Below are positions 33,140 to 36,743 of a stretch of 36,743 nucleotides of DNA, piece by piece; position 1 is the stretch's first letter, and the number at the start of each line of letters is the position of its first letter. Under the pieces are notes generated by a model that had not been told where the DNA came from, did no database searches, and was given only the letters and a program-made list of their open reading frames with translations. Origin of the DNA: Octopus bimaculoides (Eukaryota); NCBI RefSeq assembly GCF_001194135.2, contig NC_068982.1, positions 149,331,839 to 149,368,581 of the forward strand. Direction: 5' to 3'. The translations under genes were made by a program, and so were the position numbers.

Positions 33140-33414
33140 TTTTTTTTTTTTTACTTGTTTCAGTCATTTGACTGTGACCGTGTTGGAGCACTGCCTTTAG
33201 TTGAGCAAATCGAACCCAGGACTTATTCTTTGTAAGCCTAGTACTTATTCCATCGGTCTCTTTTGCTGAACTGCTGAGTTACAGGGACATAAACACACCA
33301 GCATCGGTTGTCAAGCGATGGTGGGGGGACAAACACAGACACACAAACATATGCACGCACATACATATATATATATATACGTATATAAAACAGACCTCCT
33401 TCAGTTTCCATCTA

Positions 33415-33416
<2 letters not shown>
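33140..33416 (-). mobile_element. CORE-SINE 3' half, broken into long (TA)n
   Basis: Tail matches 29275-29460; stops at TTTCCATCTACCA, followed by (TA)n 33417-33478 and a mixed array to ~33690. Confidence 0.88.
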
Positions 33417-33482
<66 letters not shown>

Positions 33483-33601
33483 GTATGTATGTATATATAT
33501 ATATATACATATATATATGTCCGTGTGTGTGTATGTATTATGTGTGCATGCATGAGTATATGTCCATGAGTATGTATAGGCATATGTATATGTCTGTATA
33601 T

Positions 33602-33639
<38 letters not shown>

Positions 33640-33694
33640 ACATATTCGCACACATATATATGTATGTGAATGCATGCGTACGTATGCCATTATA

Positions 33695-34590
33695 CCTTCT
33701 GTCCTCCTCTCCTATTCCTACCTATCACTAACCTATCATATACTTCTATTTGTAGTAATTTGACATCCTTATATTCTTCCCTCCACTTCAAATTTTACTA
33801 TCAAAACTACTACTCACTTCAGTATCACCCCATATACCTTTTTTCTACCTTTTCTCCACCATCCCTAAATGCAGCTCTGTCATATCACCCCTACTGACAT
33901 ATGTCACATTCTTCTACTCCTTACCTTCTCATCTCTTCCTATCCTGTCCCCACAGCTCTCCCATCCTCTCATCACATTATCTTGACTACCAACTAACATT
34001 CCTTTTCTCATTTCTTTCACCCTTTCTTCATTTTTTTTCACTCTTTTCACTTTTTGTTCTTTTCTCTCTCCATTTTTGTTTTTCTTTTTACTCTCCATCT
34101 TCCTCTCATTGTCTCTTCTTGTTTTAAATTCGACCAATCTCCTCTTTCTAATCATACACATATCTCCTCCCCCATCTATCCACAAATACTACCAATACAT
34201 TCTCAAATTTTCATTCACACCACAAAACCCTTTTGAACGAGCAACACTGATTCTACAGCTCCATACTTTAAGATGACTAAACATGAACTGCTATTGGAAC
34301 TTACATACCATGTACAGGAATATTTTTTACCACTTCTATACACCATTTTCCTTGAATAATGGAACTGAAACTACAATATCTTTCTTTATCTTATCTCTGC
34401 TTTCATTCTTTTATTTCCCTCTATATTCCCTATCTCCTCCTTTTCCACAATAATTCGAACTCAAATATTTTCTCACACCACCTCTGATGAAGGGATATCC
34501 ATAATAACCTAGAAACAGCTGTAAGATTATTTTATTATAAATGTCCTGAAAACTCCTCCCAGCCTTGGCTTTGTTATCTCATTCTGTCTA

Positions 34591-34595
<5 letters not shown>
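33695..34595 (+). mobile_element. Penelope-like element 3' region (pyrimidine-rich, GIY-YIG tail remnant, pseudo-LTR)
   Basis: 34230-34290 translates FERATLILQLHTLR*LN, like the PLE terminal E..LI..L.TL.P.GLN motif; hammerhead motif downstream. 5' boundary uncertain. Confidence 0.55.
34480..34527 (+). ncRNA. Minimal type I hammerhead ribozyme motif (possibly degenerate)
   Basis: ACCT-CTGATGA-A-GGGATA-tccataa-TAACCT-A-GAAA-C-AGCT-G-TA-AGAT: core CUGAUGA (34484-34490), GAAA (34512-34515), stem III A-U/C-G around a palindromic AGCU loop, GUA cleavage triplet ending 34523, stem I 3 of 4 pairs. Confidence 0.65.
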
Positions 34596-34623
<28 letters not shown>

Positions 34624-34824
34624 ATTATATAGTGTGTGTGTACTATTCCATGATCGTAAGATGGTAAGATAGTTTTTCCTCTCATCTTAGTATCCCATTT
34701 TTGCTTTATGTCATACGGGCAGTGCTTGAAGATGGAGCTGAGACACCAGATATGTTAAAAATACTGTTTGGCATGCTCTCATCACATGAAACTAATTGTA
34801 GCACTTAAAAACATTTATTCTGTT

Positions 34825-34829
34825 TATTA

Positions 34830-34882
<53 letters not shown>

Positions 34883-35108
34883 TACATACATATACATACA
34901 TACATGTATATATATATGCATATACATATAAATATATGTGTTTATACACACATACACATACAAACACACACAAATCCACACACACACACATAGGCAGACA
35001 GACAGACTGACAGATATGCAGACAGACAGACAGACAGGCAGACAGGCAGGCAGACAGGCAGGCAAACGGACAGACAGACAGACAGACATACAGATAGATA
35101 GATAGATA
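34825..35108. repeat. Compound (TA)-(CA)-(GACA/GGCA)-(GATA) microsatellite
   Basis: Direct inspection. Confidence 0.92.
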
Positions 35109-35111
35109 ATT

Positions 35112-35345
35112 ATCACCATTTAGTATCCACTTCACCATGCTTGCATGGGTCAGAAAGAGTTTGTTGAGAGGCAGATTTTTTACAGGTGGATGCCCTTTCT
35201 GTCACCAACACTCATTTGTTTCCAAGCAAGATAATATTTCCCCATGGTCAGAATATGGTTTTCACAAAAGACTAGAAACTTGCGTGACGATAATATGATG
35301 ATGCTTATTTATAACCATCACTGTATGTCTAGACAAGAGTGCATA
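35112..35345 (-). mobile_element. Variant RTE-tail-like element (family of 20165-20610)
   Basis: CCATTTAGTATCCACTTCACCATGCTTGCATGGG...GGATGCCCTTTCTGTCACCAAC...ATATTTCCCCATGG. Confidence 0.65.
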
Positions 35346-35366
35346 CGTGTAAACACACACACACAA

Positions 35367-35421
<55 letters not shown>

Positions 35422-35435
35422 NNNNNNNNNNNNNN

Positions 35436-35476
<41 letters not shown>

Positions 35477-35888
35477 TTAATTTTAAATATTTATTTATCA
35501 GTCTTTGCCTTTTGAACAATATAAGTGATATAAATGTTCTATCTATAACAGATTATGTCTTTGATTTTCTTCCATAGTTTATCATACACATGGTTATAAA
35601 TAATATAAATGTTGTGTGTATAATAGATTATGTCTTTGATTTCATTCCATAGCTATAGCACTGCACAAATAGTCTGTTGCAGTATAATACCATAAATAAA
35701 ACAATGAAAGTAAATGTATCCCTGGCTATGTCATGAATATTTATATGTGAAATCTACCAAAGTACTCAATGAAGCTGACTAAAATATAGAATTAAGTCAA
35801 ATTCCAAGCAGATAATAAAATGAGGAAAGATACATGAAATGTTTAAAGACATATATATGTTAAAATAGATATATTACATGGAGCATAA

Positions 35889-36092
35889 CTTCCACTTTCC
35901 ATGCTAGCATGGGTTGGACCATTTGACCGAGGACTGGCGAACCAGAAGGCTGCACCAGGCTCCAATCTGATCTGGCAGAGTTTCTACAGCTGGATGCCCT
36001 TCTTAATGCCAACCACTCCGAGAGTGTAGTGGGTGCTTTTACGTGCCACCGGCACAAGGGCCAGTCACATGGTACTGGCAATGGCCACGCTC
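35889..36092 (-). mobile_element. RTE-tail element
   Basis: TTTCCATGCTAGCATGGGTTGGACC...GTGGGTGCTTTTACGTGCCACCGGCAC; near-identical to 32275-32435. Confidence 0.92.
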
Positions 36093-36344
36093 ATTAAATC
36101 TCGTTTTTATTCTGAAAAGATTTGTGATCAAGGACATCTCCTACAAAGAAATGCTGAAGTATGTGAACAAGCGGACGGCAATGAAGAGCTATTTGAGAGG
36201 GTTCATCACAATTTCAAATTCAGTATGAAGACTTATTTAGAGCTATATGGCCAACACTTTGAACATTTGTTATGGATTACCTACTTCATTGCTAATAAAG
36301 CATATATCATATCGCCCATGGTGCATGAGTTTGTGGCCACCCTG
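36093..36344 (+). mobile_element. mariner-type (DDxD-like) transposase C-terminus with right TIR
   Basis: IKSRFYSEK...LFERVHHNFKFSMKTYLELYGQHFEHLL matches the LK.KVY...V..NF..R...C....G.HFEHLL ending; terminus TTTGTGGCCACCCTG|TA at 36344. Confidence 0.75.
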
Positions 36345-36529
36345 TAGAATGTCTTACATAATTTTTTGTTTATTTCATGTCAAACCATGCCTTCTTTGAC
36401 AGATAATGCACTTTTTTGCAAAAAATCTTTGTTCAGGATTTTTTTCATTCTTAAATTATTTACATGTCTGTTCAACTGTTTCACATGACTTTATTCATTA
36501 AAACTTATTAAAACTTCAGAAGCTCTTAC

Positions 36530-36653
36530 AACTTTGATCATCATAATACTTTGCTTCCGTTTGTTTAATAAAAATTCTTCCTCCTAATGATTTTGCTTTC
36601 ATTTTGTGATAGACAGCTATCATGCAGAAAATGCCAGCTTCCAAATCCTGTTT
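36530..36653 (-). CDS. Weak candidate coding exon (KQDLEAGIFCMIAVYHKMKAKSLGGRIFIKQTEAKYYDDQS)
   Basis: Acceptor TTTTACCTAATCAG|, donor |GTAAGA, 124 bp open in phase 0 to phase 1, unique sequence; not directly in phase with the 30271 exon. Confidence 0.3.
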
Positions 36654-36743
36654 CTGATTAGGTAAAATCGATTAAACTTTAAACCTCAGTAACATTTTTC
36701 TGCAAGTTTTCTGAAATAAAAAAATAAAAATATCAGATTTAAT

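Overview
Eukaryotic, AT-rich, repeat-saturated genomic DNA with eight assembly gaps (N runs). The repeat complement (tRNA-derived SINEs with an internal (TA/TG)n block, very abundant RTE-LINE 3' ends with (GAT)n tails, dense microsatellites) fits a coleoid cephalopod, most likely Octopus; this is recalled pattern, not a database match. There is no intact long CDS: nearly every ORF in the supplied track is a microsatellite, satellite or N-gap artefact. Supported by the sequence: (i) dead RTE LINE fragments and many RTE-tail/SINE copies; (ii) a Tc1-family transposase pseudogene with DD36E spacing (Incomer-like); (iii) two Penelope-like remnants, one followed by a near-complete minimal type I hammerhead ribozyme (34480-34527); (iv) hAT, Tigger/pogo, mariner-type and Helentron-type non-autonomous elements; (v) an L1/Tx1-like fragment embedded in a (GATA)n array; (vi) a CpG-rich ~62-bp hairpin-forming satellite at the left edge; (vii) tentative spliced exons of a minus-strand host gene (30271-30222 joined in phase to 29167-29059, possibly 36653-36530) and weaker plus-strand candidates. 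I see no multi-gene novel system; the best leads are the ribozyme, the DD36E element, the microsatellite-embedded retroelement, the satellite and the cryptic gene.
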